A stretch of DNA of 62,457 bases, filler included, from Hausera hauseri (taxonomy: Eukaryota): assembly GCA_046269625.1 (NCBI GenBank). It is 9 parts of 9 records of this genome, joined end to end, with 100 filler letters (N's around TTAATTAATTAA, not from the genome) between each part and the next. Parts side by side here need not be neighbours in the genome. Positions count along the whole stretch, not along the records: positions 13,167 to 17,713 come from JBJURY010532787.1; positions 17,814 to 22,451 come from JBJURY010493354.1; positions 22,552 to 27,147 come from JBJURY010512572.1; positions 27,248 to 34,892 come from JBJURY010003458.1; 5 more parts are not named here. The stretch is one strand, 5' to 3'. Under the pieces are notes generated by a model, which saw nothing but the letters and a program-made list of their open reading frames with translations, was not told the DNA's origin and did not search any database. The translations under genes and the position numbers were made by a program. Shown here piece after piece: positions 14,210-27,275 of the stretch (position 1 is the first letter of the stretch; the number at the start of each line of letters is the position of its first letter).

Positions 14210-14700
14210 ATAAATTAGCCTCATCTTTGTCAGGCAGATGAGGCTGGCCTCTCGGTAGCTCCTTTGATGTTGCGCTAGCACCATTAGTTCGTCTAGTTTC
14301 TTATGAAGCAATCTCATGTTTCTCATGATGATGGACGGTATGGCGGGTCTGTATCACCTTCCTGTGTTGTGACGCCTGATGCCTGCACGCCTGCTGCGTC
14401 TCTTCCTTCTCAGTTCGCGGGGGATATCAGGTAGTTCAGGAGGAGCTATGGGAGAGTTCTTTATGGAGAGCAGCTGTTCACAGCTGTAAACAATGGAAAT
14501 GTGGGTGGTTGTAGAGTGAGTGTGGTGGCTTAGTCTGTTTCCTGACATGAAAACCAGAAGAAGAGAGAGTAAAAACAGCATCTCAGAGAAAAAATTTGGC
14601 TCCATTGTGAGCACAAACGTTGTAATATCCAAATAATAATAAAAACGATAGCATAGAAAAATAAGCTAAAACTAGAAAAAACAGAGTTCTTGCTGAGCTG
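14210..14700 (-). mobile_element. Rex1/Babar-type LINE 5' fragment (start of the APE endonuclease)
   Basis: IVYSCEQLLSIKN..PPELPDIPRELRRKRR..RAG...PAIPSIIMRNMRLLHKKLDEL..L...QRSYREASLICLT, the typical Rex1 ORF start in teleosts. Confidence 0.7.
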
Positions 14701-14726
14701 CTACAATGGCTGCATGCTGGTGTGGC

Positions 14727-14853
14727 CCATCCATCCATTATCTGTACACGCTTAATCCTTACAGGGTCCCGTGGGTCACTGGTGCTCATATCCAGCATTC
14801 ACAGTGGGAAGGGCGGGGTACACCCTGGACAGGTCGCAAGTCCATCACAGGAC
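14727..14853 (-). mobile_element. Teleost SINE-like repeat fragment (V-SINE/HE1-like) with (TGGA)n tail
   Basis: CCATCCATCCAT...GGCGGGGTACACCCTGGACAGGTCGC.AGTCCATCACAGG, a widespread fish repeat motif. Confidence 0.6.
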
Positions 14854-15478
14854 TGGTCTGGCCCCATGTTGAAAAAAATAAAATAAAATAAACATGCTCA
14901 AAAACTCACCATTTTGAAAACTTTTAATCCCCCACGTGTTAACAGCATAGTGACCAAGTTGAAGCTGACAGATCAAAATCCCTAGGAGGAGGAGTTCACA
15001 AAATTTTGTGTCAGCAAAAATGAGACTCAGCCAAAAATTAACTTTTGACCAAAAATGGCCGACTTCCGTTTGGTTTTAGAGCATAGCTCCAAGAGACTTC
15101 TTTTATTGACTTGGGGGGATCTACATATGCCCTGAATGTCATCTCTTTACAACTGACCAGTTCCTCTATTTTATGTTAGGTGTCGCTGTCAAGTCATTTG
15201 GCCACGCCCTTTTAAACTTCCAATGAAGTGATGTGATTTTTGCCAGAGACAATTTTGGGCAAAGTTTGATGAGTTTTTTAGTATGTTAAGGCCTCCAAAT
15301 NNNNNNNNNNNNNNNNNNNNNNNNNNNNNNNNNNNNNNNNNNNNNNNNNNNNNNNNNNNNNNNNNNNNNNNNNNNNNNNNNNNNNNNNNNNNNNNNNNNN
15401 NNNNNNNNNNNNNNNNNNNNNNNNNNNNNNNNNNNNNNNNNNNNNNNNNNNNNNNNNNNNAGCATTACTTCCACACAG

Positions 15479-17570
15479 GTTTCTCACACACGACCAGAGG
15501 AGATTGCTTTTAAGATTCATCAAACGTTAAAAGTGGGCGTCTTACAGCCTGCAACTGTGTCTGTTTATGAGTATTACGAAAGTAAGTTTAAGAAAAAAAA
15601 GTGATACTTTGTTGGCTTTTTTGTTAGTTTCTGTACATTTTGATGTCTCCTTTTTTGTGAAATGTTCTATATAAAAAAATTAACTTGACTGGATTTTTTT
15701 GTAAGAACTGCATCTGTTTTAATGTTACAAAAGGCAGCAAGTATTCATTTTATTGATTGATTGATTTCTTTTCATTTCAGGAACACCTTGTATAAAATTC
15801 TACCATCCAGAGCGAAGGGCTGAACACTTGCTGCAGCTCTGTAGAGGAGAAGAATGCACATGTGCAGAAGGTAAACAAGATTAGTAATATAGTAGTAGAC
15901 TTGATAATGGAAGCGATTTCCATCAAACACAACACATTACATGTAATCTTTTCTGGGCACATTCATTTTATAACAGCAGTAGAATATGTTGACAATAAAA
16001 CAAAGGATGAGAAAAGATCAAAGGTTATTTATTCAGATTAGACAGCTAATTAAAAATGTAGTAGGTCTCGCATTTCTACCTTTGTAGGGGCCCTATGCAA
16101 ATTGCTGTTTGAAGGCCCTTCATTTACCAAACTACAAACAGAATGGCGTTGTTTGGAATTGGGTTTAGTGTACAGTTTAAAATAAAAGATAGTCATATTA
16201 CATCAAACTGACGTTGCTCATATAACAATATGAAATCATCAGTCTAAAAAAAGAACATAAAAACTTGATAACTGCAAATCACAGTTAAGCAAAACAAAGT
16301 GGAGGAGGATCCTAAAAATGATGAGAAGTGAGGGCATCTCTCTTAAACTAGGTTTTATTCAGACATTGGCTAAATCTAAAATGATACTTTTTTAACATTC
16401 TACCTAACATAAAAAAGGTCTAACTTGCAATAAGAGATTGGTCTTTGGCTATGTCCAATCCTTAAAATGACAGAATTTGTGTATGATATTTAAACAAAGA
16501 CATTCTAGGTTAAAATACTGTGAGCTGAGTAATTGACAAACTGTCATAAAGAAAGTGATTTTTTTCTTTTGTAGATTCTATTAGTATATCATAAACTGAT
16601 ACATTTCAAATACATAGCTGGGACTGAATGTTTTGCTTTGAATTAGTTGTTTCATTTTATTCTTAACAATTTACTTTGAACTTTTGGCTGCCAGCTGCCC
16701 TCCTATGCATTGTACATTTGATTTTATTATTTCAGAGAATTGCAGCATGCAGAAGAGCGGAAAAATTGATAATGATGAACGGACAGCTAAGATTTGTGAA
16801 AGTACGGAGACCAGCAAAATTGAATATGGTAAAAACAATAAGTGTGCTGCATTTCTGACTAATGGGATTAAGAATAAGTACTGGAGCTCATATTCACTTG
16901 TTTGTCCACAGCCTACAAAGTTATGGTAGAAGGCACTGACTTCGAGTTGTCTACAGACTCTTACATAATGCGGATCGTTGACGTCATTAAGGAAGGTAGG
17001 TGCTGATTGTTGGGACTGTTAGTACTTTATTTGCTGTTTTCCAAAGTCGCGTATTTCACATTTGAGTACAATGGATCCAGTTGAGCCAATTGTTTCCTAT
17101 CAATTCTGTTACATTTTATTTACAGGAAGTACTGATGTTGGTTCTAAGGGTAAACTGCGCACATTCCTCAGTTATCAGCACTGCAGAGAAGCTTTGGGTC
17201 TAAGAAAGGGCAAAACATACCTTATTATGGGCTCATCCAGTGATACCCACAGAGATGACAAAAGAGAAACGTAAGTAAATACAAACAGTTTGCACAAGCT
17301 TTTATTTTCAATTTGTTCCAGTGGTTTATTTATTAAAAATTAAATCTGTCTGTTCTACTTTAAGTTCTGCTATTACCAAAAACTGGTCATATCAGCTTTT
17401 AATATATTTCTGTTGTTCCGTTTCCCAGGTTTCAGTATGTGCTTGGGGAGAGAACCTGGGTTGAGTATTGGCCGACACCAGCAGAGTGTCAGGGTGATGA
17501 ACACCGACTCACCTGTATGGGCATGGAGGAGATGGTTGACCAGTACGTCACCTTCGCTTGTCAGCAATAA
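15479..17570 (+). CDS. c3: Teleost complement C3, last six exons (15479-15581, 15781-15870, 16736-16828, 16912-16995, 17126-17270, 17429-17570): end of MG8, anchor and C345C domain
   Basis: Phase-consistent splicing gives VSHTRPEEIAFKIHQTLKVGVLQPATVSVYEYYE-RTPCIKFYHPER...CTCAEENCSMQK...AYKV...VIKEGSTDV...CREALGL..GKTYLIMG...YVLGERTWVEYWPTPAEC...FACQQ*. Confidence 0.95.
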
Positions 17571-17989
17571 GAAGATTCAAGAAAATAAAATGTGTTTTGT
17601 TTTATTTGGATTATTTGTACGACATCTGGTATCATGTCAAGATTTAAACAGGACAGAATAAAACTGCTTTAACTGAAATAAAAACACTCTTTGTTCCAGA
17701 GTCTCGATCACCGNNNNNNNNNNNNNNNNNNNNNNNNNNNNNNNNNNNNNNNNNNNNTTAATTAATTAANNNNNNNNNNNNNNNNNNNNNNNNNNNNNNN
17801 NNNNNNNNNNNNNGAGTTGCCCATAATTTCAATTTGAATTTTGTCGCCAATGCTACCTAATCGTTCAAAAATAATATCACCTGATGGATCAGTAATTGTA
17901 ATAAAGTGTCCATCTTCTTAGAGATATTCAGCAATGACGTACAAATCACCAGGAATATTATCATCATTTGTTTCGGCGTCTGAAAAATA

Positions 17990-18139
17990 TTTTTTAGATT
18001 GACCCTCCTTCACATACAATGGCACGATAGCACGTGGGCTGGATTCTCCAGAAAAACCAACTTTTGTATAAACTGATCCAATATCGAATATAACAGCACT
18101 TCGGTAATTGATATTAGAAAAAGAAAAGTCGTACGGCAT
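17990..18139 (-). pseudogene. Actin-related protein (Arp11/ACTR10-like) N-terminal fragment
   Basis: MPYDF...SAVIFDIGSVYTKVGFSGESSPRAIVP is the actin-fold phosphate-1 motif; similarity ends after about 50 aa. Confidence 0.65.
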
Positions 18140-18319
18140 TTGATGTTTGTAAAAGCCACAATAAAATTTATTTATTTTATAGTATTCAAACAAACAGGGT
18201 TTTTATCAACAAATCACTATGGGCATTCTGTTCAACAATTGCTTGTAACAATTCGTATAAATTCGATACATTTGATATCGTGCAAATGCCGATTTGGTCG
18301 AGTGGCAACACAGCAGGAG

Positions 18320-21300
18320 GGTACCACATCACCCCCCGTGGTAAAGATGAAACTATCAAGCAACAAAAAAGGAGGAAAAGTGTTTGTACCCTATTCGGTT
18401 TTTGTGTGTACAAGACGTTGTTCTTTGTCAAAGTTTTGTTCTTTACTGTACTTACTAAAAGTAACTGCACGTGTTGTGCTTGCGTATTTTGAGTTTACTT
18501 TCCCGAGTGTCAGTTGAAAAAAAATGTAGGATTTTATCCTGGGTATTATTTTGGTTGAGGAAGGTGAAGGTTGCAAAGGGTAGTTAGTGAAGGTTGAAGA
18601 TGAAAGAAGAGGTGGAGATGTGAAAGACTTAGGATTTGGGGAGGGCTCAGACGTGGTCGAGGATTGAGGAAAGATATGAAGTGAAGCAGAATTTGAAGAA
18701 TGCGTGTTTGAAGAAAGCTGAAGATGTGAAGGAGACTGCAAATTTTGAAAAAGTTAAAAGGAAGAATCAAAAGAACATTTGTCTTCAAATGAAGGTCGTG
18801 TGTAGTTAGTTAAATTTGATGAGGGTGAAATGGTAGCAAAGGAATCAAGAAAGGTGCCAGCAGGTTTGTTGTTCGTTCATGTATCTTCTGGAAATTCATC
18901 AATGAAAAAGGCTGGTTTTACGTTAGTGATGTGCACATTTCGTTCTTTAACACTTTTAAGAATGGTAGCTGTATGAGAGGATAAATGTAAAAGTTTGAAT
19001 GGGCCCACGTATTACGATTGGAAACCACTAGGTGAAGGATTGCGAAGCCAGACAAACTTGGCGGTATACAAATCACTTGGTATATTTGACGTGTTATAAT
19101 TTACTATTTTGCAAAATGTCTTTGTTTAGTGTGACAAAGTGATTTTGCACATTACGAATCAGCTCGTCCGTTAGTGTGTCGTCCAGATCAGTTAACTCAT
19201 AAAGTGCTCGAATCGGTGTTCCAAACAGTGCTTCAGCTGGTGCACAACCTGTGGTGGTGGAGGGTGTGTTTCGCCAGCCAAGCAGAACGAGCGGTAGAAG
19301 AGCTGTCCATTTGCTGTGTGATTCAGTAAGGATTTTAAGTGAGGTCTTTATTGTGCGGTGAAATCTTTCTAGTAAACCGTTCGCTTGGGGATGATATGCA
19401 GAAGTGTGTACATGTTTAATCGCCAAGCGATTGACTACGAATTTAAAGCGATTTGACTCAAATTGTGGACCTTGGTCCGTAATTATGAAGCGAGGGGAGC
19501 CAAATTTGCTGATCCACGTTATGATAAAAACCTCAGCGATAGTGTCTGTGTTGGTAGAGCGTAATGGAATGGCTTCTGGCCATCGAGAAGCACGGTCCAT
19601 CATGGTGAGTATGAACTGATGACCGTTGTCTGGACGAAGAGGGTTGACTAGGTCTATATGAACGGATTCAAAACGCGATGTACGTGGGAAGTGATATAAT
19701 GGTGGCTTTAGATGCTTGTGAGTTTTGAATTTTTGGCATGCCACGCATTCCTTAACCAGAGCCTGTACGTCTGATCTCATCGACGGCCATATAACGCTAC
19801 GTTGCAGATGACGAAAAGTCGCTTTGGCACCCGCATGATAAAGAGAATGTACGTTATGAAATGCAGTTTTCTGCAAAGATGAAGACAGAATTGGTTTGTA
19901 ATTACCGGGTTTAGACGTGTCATAGGCTTTCTGTCGATAATTTTGTGCCATTTAAAAGACTTAAGAATTTCCTGTGCTGGTACGTTTTTCCGAAGCACTG
20001 CCTGTGAGAAAATTGGAGTGATTCCAATGATGTTAACCGATCTCGACAGAAAATTGGCAACCAAATGATCAGTGCCTAAAATATGTACCATTTTAAAACT
20101 GAATGTCGACAAGTACGATATGTGCCCTTCTTGTTGAGATGAGGGAGTTTTCATATCCATGATGAGAATAACAGGTTTGTGGTCAGTTTGAATCGTAAAA
20201 GACCTGGAAATTAACAAATGCGAGAAATGTTTCACGGCTAATACTATAGCTAGGAGCTCTCTGTCGAACGTTTAGTAACGACTTTCTGGTGATGTAAATT
20301 TCCGAGAATAAAAATGCAGAGGCTCGTTTACGCCATTAAAAATTTGATGCAGTATTGCACCGACTGCTGTGGTAGAGGCATCTGTTGTTAATATGAGCTC
20401 TGCGTAAGGCTTGGGATAAGCTAGAATCTCAACATTTTTTAAACCTTCACGTAAGTGGTCAAACTGGTTGACAAGTTCAGGAGTCCAGTGAATTAATTGT
20501 TTTTTTTCTTCCAGATGATAAAAATGCAAACGGTGCGGTTAATTCAGAGCAATGCGGCACATATTTGTGAACAAAGTGGAGTGTGCCAAGAACAGAGCGC
20601 ATTTCAGTTGTTGTTCGTGGCAATTGTATGTCCCTAATCTGAGTTATTCGGTCTTTCTGAGAAGAGTGGCCAAATTTGGTGATAATATGGCCAAGGAAAT
20701 GGATGTTGTGTTGGAAAAATGAGTATTTGGCGAAATGTACTTTTATATTATTTTGGTGAAGGCGTTGAAAGACTATGCGTAAATGCTCAGAATGTTGTTT
20801 AGAGGATGGCAAGGCTATGAAAATGTCATATATGTAAGGGAATTCAAAGTTTAGACCAGCAAGAATTGTGTCTATGTACCTTTGAAATGTTTAAGAGGCA
20901 TTAAGCAGACCACAGGGCATGACGACATACTCAAAAAGTCCAAAAGGTGTTGTTACAGCAGTTTTCGGTATGTCAGCAGATGAGACAGGAATCTGATGGT
21001 AGGCTTTATGAAGATCGATGGATGAAAATATGGTGCTTCCATTGAGTCTGTGTAGGATATCATTGATGAGCGGTAATGGATATACGTCCATTACCGTGAT
21101 GGTGTTTAATAGGCGATAATCACCACAGGGCCTAAAAGTACCGTCCTTCTTGGGCACTACGTGTAGAGGTAAGGCCCAAGGCGACTTTGATCTTCTTATA
21201 ATTCCTGCCTTTTCTAATTCATTGAATACCGATTCCACAGCTTTGCGTCTGCGTGGAGAAAGTGGCCTAACCTTTTGTTTGATTGGTCTTTGATGTTTAG

Positions 21301-22451
21301 TGACGATGTGATGGTACGTCGTAGAAGCAGGCTTGAAGTTTGGGTCTTTCTTCAATGTTCTAGGACAAGAAGTTGTAATATAATAACGAAGGGCTATGTC
21401 CAGTTTCATCAATGGGGAGATGAGGCGTGAGGTTGTGTCGGTGTTGGCAACTGCTTTTGTTATTACTGTATTAATAGAAACGTCACAATCGGAGTTACTA
21501 ACATTCAGTTTGTCTAGTTTGACAAAGGATTTCTTTAATATAGACTCCGGAGTTGCAGCCAACTGCGCGACAAGTGGTGCATTATTTGGTGATTTTATAT
21601 GATTAATTTTATTTTTGATCACACAATGCTGTCTTCAGTCGACACGTAAATTGTAATGCGATAGAAATCAGAACCTAAGATGGGAGATGTGATATCGGCA
21701 ACAATAAACTTCCAATGAAAAAGTTCAGAGAAATGTGCTAAGGTGAAGGAGAGTTCTGCAGTGCCAGAAATGCGTAAGGATTGCCCATTGGCGGTAAATA
21801 GCCTAGCAGAGGTGGGAAGAATTTTTAGAGAATAGAAAAATGAAGGTAGTAAAGAGACAGCTGCACCCGAATCAATCAAGAATTTTGTATGGTGTGGAGA
21901 AGATGTGAGTGCAGCGTCCAATAGGAAAACAGCATGAGTACGGCTGTTAAGTGATGAAAGATGGCCTTTGCCGCAGTTTGCCTTAGTTTCTGGCGGCTTT
22001 AGGCGTTTTTTTGATTAGATGAAGAAGTTGGAGTGTTCTGGGTGTAAAACGTAAACCCAGATAAGCAGTGCTTTGCACCGTCTTTGAACTTACCGTGATA
22101 GATGCATACTACATAGTGTAATTCGAAATTCTGCGTATAGAATTTACAGCTTATACAGCATTTTTTTGGCATTTCGATTGAATTTGGTGTGATAATAGCA
22201 CACCAACTGTCGCGAAGGCGACTGGCCACCCCTGGAGTTTACATACGACTGTCTGCTCCGATTTGCACTGAGTCGCTCACGACGCGGAAAGGGAAGAGCG
22301 TCGAGTCTGCTGAATATAGCCGAAATAACCTGATGTAAAGCCGAATTTTCGGCTTGCAGATGTTGAATTTTATTAACTAATTTGTTTGTGTTGCTTGGTG
22401 AGTTTGTTAACTGTAGATGTGTAACTGTTGTTGGTCACTGCGTTGCTTGTA
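18320..22451 (-). mobile_element. Decayed Ty3/gypsy LTR retrotransposon, CsRn1-like family, copy 1 (gag end-PR-RT-RH-IN-tail-PPT)
   Basis: CHCC knuckles ~22060-22205; FLIDSGA/ILGSDF protease; SPWALPLHVVPKKDGTFRPCGDYRLLN RT; LTTDAS/TDHKP RNase H; HHCC and VHIDLV..DQG..NGLLERFH integrase; PPT ACGGGGGGTGA then TGTGG at ~18325-18340. Many stops and frameshifts. Confidence 0.95.
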
Positions 22452-22551
22452 NNNNNNNNNNNNNNNNNNNNNNNNNNNNNNNNNNNNNNNNNNNNTTAAT
22501 TAATTAANNNNNNNNNNNNNNNNNNNNNNNNNNNNNNNNNNNNNNNNNNNN

Positions 22552-25500
22552 GATTCATTGTGCTATGTTATAGAGTTAATCACGTTGTACCACGTGATTC
22601 ATTAAGCGATGTTATGTAATTGGTCACGTTGTGTCACGTGATTAATGAGGTGATGTTATATATCTGGTCCCATTGTGTCACGTTATTCGTTATATGATGT
22701 TATATGATTGGTCACGTTGTGTCACGTGATTCATTATGTTAAGTTTTGTGATTGGTCACCTTGTCTCACGTCATACATATTTTGATATTATTTGATTGGT
22801 CACGTTGTGTCACGTGATATATTACTTCATATTATTGGATTGGTCACGTGATTGGTCACGCTGTGTCACGAGATTCATTATGTGATGTTATGTGATTTGT
22901 CACGTTGTTTCATGTGATTAATGAGGCGATGTTACATATCTGGTCCCATTGTGTCACGTTATTCGTTATGTGATGTTATATAATTGGCCACATTGTTTCA
23001 CGAATTTCATTATGTGTTGTTATGTATTTGTTCACGTTGTGTCATGTGATTCATTGTGTGATGTTATGTGATTGGTCACATTGTGTCATGTGATTCATTA
23101 TGTGATATCATGTGTTAGGAAATGTTGTGTCAATTGATTAATTATGTGATGTTACGTGATAGGACGCGTTGCGTCATATGTTTCATTAAGTGATATTATG
23201 AGAGTGGTCAAGAAATTTGCTAGTAGTGTTACGTGATTCATTCTGTGATGATATGTGATTGGTCACGTTGTGTCACGTGATTCATTATATGATATTATGC
23301 GGTTGGTAACTTTGTGTCACGTGATTCATGACGTGATGATATATGAGTGGTCACGTTGTGTCATGTGATTCATTATGCGGTATTATGCGGTTGGTCACGT
23401 TGTGTCACGTGATTCATTATGTGATTGTTCACGTTGTATCATGTGATTCATTGTGCTATGTTATAGAGTTAATCACGTTGTACCACGTGATTCATTAAGC
23501 GATGTTATGTAATTGGTCACGTTGTGTCACGTGATTAATGAGGTGATGTTATATATCTGGTCCCATTGTGTCACGTTATTCGTTATATGATGTTATATGA
23601 TTGGTCACGTTGTGTCACGTGATTCATTATGTGAAGTTTTGTGATTGGTCACTTTGTCTCACGTGATACATATTTTGATGTTATGTGATTGGTCACGTTG
23701 TTTCACGTGATACATTACTTCATATTATTGGATTGGTCACGTGATTGGTCACGTTGTGTCACGAGATTCATTATGTGATGCTATGTATTTGTTCACGTCA
23801 TGTCATGTGATTCACTGTGTGATATTATGTGATTGGTCACGTTGTGTAACGTGATTCATCATGTGATGTTAATGGTTTGTCACGCTATATCACGTGATAC
23901 ATTATGTGATGTTATCTGATTGGTCACCTTGTATCACGTGATTCATTTTTTGATGTTAGAAATTTTTCACGTTGTATCACGTGATTCATTATGCGATGTT
24001 AGGTAATTGTTCACATTGTGTCACATGATTCACTATGTAATGTAAGTGGTTGGTGAAGTTGTGTTACGTGATTCATTACGTGGTGTTATGTGATTGTTCA
24101 CGTTGTGTCATGTGATTCATTATGTGATGTTATATGATTGGTCACATTGTGTCATGTGATTTATTATATGATATCATGTGTTATGAAATGTTGTGTTACG
24201 TGATTCATTATATGATGTTATGTGATAGGGCCCGTTGCGTCATATGATTCATTAAGTGATATTATTAGAGTGATCAAGAGATTTGCTAGTAGTGTGTCGT
24301 GATTCATTCTGTGATGTTATGTGATTAAACATGTGGTATCACATGATTCATTACATGATATTATGAGACTGGTCACCAAATTGCCACTTGTGTCACGTGA
24401 TTCATTATGTGATGTTATGTGTTTGGTCACGTCGTGTCACGTGTTTCATTATGTGATATTATGTGATTGGTCACGTTGTGTCACGTGATTCATTTTGTGA
24501 TATTATATGATTGGTCACGTAATCACACGTGATATATTTCTTGATATTATGAGATTAGTCACGACATTGGTCACGTTGTGTCACGTGATTCATTATGGAC
24601 GTTCTGTGATTGGTCGCCTTGTGTCACGTGATTCATATTGTTATAGTAGTGGAGGGGTCACGTTGTGTCACGTGATATATTGCTTGATATTATCAGACTG
24701 GTCACGTGTTTGGTCACGTTGAGTCACGTGATTCATTATTTGATATTATGTAATTGGTCATGTTCTATCACGTGATTTATTACATGATGTCAAAACATAG
24801 GTCATATGATTTGTCCCGTTGTGTCTCGTGGTTCAATTGGTGATGTTATGTGATTGGTCACGTTGTGTCACGTGATATGCTACATAATATTATGAGATTG
24901 GTCACGTCATTGGTCACGTTGTGTCACGTGTTGCTTTATGTGATGTTATGTGATTGGTCACGTCGTGTCACGTGTTTCATTATGTTATATTATGTGATTG
25001 GTAACGTTGTGTCACGTAATTGATTATGTGACGTTATGTGATTGGTCACTTTGTGTCACGTGATTCATGTTGTGGTATTATGTGATTGGTCACGTTGTGT
25101 CATATGATTCATTATGTGATGTCATGTGATTGGTCACGTTGTGTCACGTGATTCATTATGCGATGTAAATGTTGGTAACTTTATGTCACGTGATTCATTA
25201 TGTGATGTTATATGACTGGTCTTTTTGTATCACGCGGTTCATTTTTTGATGTTAGCTAATTTTTTACGCTGTAACACGTAATTCATTATGCGATGTTAGG
25301 TAATTGTTCATTTTGTATCACGTGATTCACTACGTGATATTATGTGATTGGTCACCTTGTGTCACTTGATTCACTTCGTGATATTTTGTGATTGGTCACG
25401 TTGTTTCACGTGATATGCTACATGATATTATGAGATTGGTCACGTGATTGGTCACGTTGTGTCACGTGTTGCTTTATGTGATATTATGTGATTGGTCACG

Positions 25501-27147
25501 TCGTGTCACGTGATTCATTATGTGATATTACGCGGTTGGTAACGTTGTGTCACGTGATTCGTTATGTGATGATATATGATTGATCACGTTGTGTCATGTG
25601 ATTCATTATGTGATATTACGCGGTTGGTAACGTTGTATCACGTGATTTTTTATGTGATGATATATGTTTGGTCACGTTGTGTCATGTGATTCATTATGTG
25701 ATATTATGCGGTTGGTCACGTTGCGTCACGTGATTCATTATGTGATGATATGCGGTTGGTCACGTTGTGTCACGTGATTCATTATATGATGATATGTGAT
25801 TGGTCACGTTGTGTCACGTGATTAATTATATGGTGTTATATACTTGGCCACATTGTGTCACGAGATTCATTATGCGATGTTATGTATTTGTTCGCGTTGT
25901 GTCATGTGATTCATTGTGTGATGTTATATGATTGGTCACATTGTGTCACGTAATTCATTATGTGATATCATGTGTTAAGAAATGTTGTGTCACTTGATTC
26001 ATTATGTGATGTTATGTGACTGGTCACCTTGTATCACGTGATTCATTATGTGATATTATGCGGTATATAACGTTGTGTCACGTGATTCATTACGTGATGA
26101 TATGTGAGTGGTCACGTTGTGTCATGTGATTCATTATGTGATATTATGCGGTTGGTCACGTTGTGTCAAGTGATTAATTATGTGGTGTTATATATTTGGT
26201 CACGCTGTGTCACGTGATTCATTATGTAATGTTATGTGATCGTTCACGTTGTATTATGTGATTCATTGTGCTATGTTATAGAGTTAATCACGTTGTACCA
26301 CGTGATTCATTAAGCGATGTTATGTAATTGGTCACGATGTGTCACGTGATTAATGAGGTGATGTTATATATCTGGTCCCATTTTGTCACGTTATTCGTTA
26401 TATGATGTTATATGATTGGTCACGTTGTGTCACGTGATGCATTATATGAAGTTTTGTGATTGGTCACTTTGTCTCACGTGATACATATTTTGATGTTATT
26501 TGATTAGTCGCGTTGTGTCATGTGATTCACTGTGCTATGTCATGTAGTTGGTCACGTTGTACCACGTGATTCATTATGCAATGTTATGTGATTGGTCACG
26601 TTGTGTCACGTGATTCATTATATGATGATATGTGATTGGTCACGTTGTGTCACGTGATTAATTATGTGATGTTATATATTTTGTCACGTTTTTTCACGTG
26701 ATTCGTTATGTGATGTTATATGATTGGTCACGTTGTGTCACGTGAATCTTTATGGGATATTATGCGGTTGGGCCCTTGTGTCACGTGATTCATTATGTGA
26801 TGTTATGTGATTGGAAATGTTGTGTCACGTGATTCATTATATGATGTTATGGGATTGGACGCGTTGTGTCACATGAATCATTTAGTGATATTATGGAACT
26901 GGTCAAGAAATTTGCCACTAGCGTCACGTAATTCATTATGTGATGTTATGTGATTGTTGACGTTGTTTCTTGTGATTCATTATGTGATGGTATGTTATGG
27001 CTCACGTTGTGTCACTTGATTCATTATGTGATGTTATGTGATTGGTCACGTTGTGTCATGTGATTCATTGTGTGATGTTACGTGATTGGTCACGTTGTTT
27101 CACGTGATTAATAATGTGATGTTATATATTTCGTCACGTTGTTTCAC
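22552..27147. repeat. Satellite DNA, 44-bp monomer GATTCATTATGTGATGTTATGTGATTGGTCACGTTGTGTCACGT, about 100 copies, with higher-order structure
   Basis: The whole contig is tandem monomers; a distinctive variant block recurs at 22552, 23445 and 26260. Confidence 0.97.
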
Positions 27148-27275
27148 NNNNNNNNNNNNNNNNNNNNNNNNNNNNNNNNNNNNNNNNNNNNTTAATTAAT
27201 TAANNNNNNNNNNNNNNNNNNNNNNNNNNNNNNNNNNNNNNNNNNNNGAAAGATATTGAGTTTTGTTACCCTAAA

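Noticed and set aside
15479-17570. Horizontal transfer of complement C3 into a parasite
   Set aside because: The whole contig looks like fish DNA, with fish repeats and long introns, and has no link to invertebrate sequence; mixed sample is simpler.
22552-27147. CRISPR-like array, or coding ORF 24507-24722
   Set aside because: No unique spacers; head-to-tail degenerate satellite in a eukaryote, and the ORF is a chance frame.
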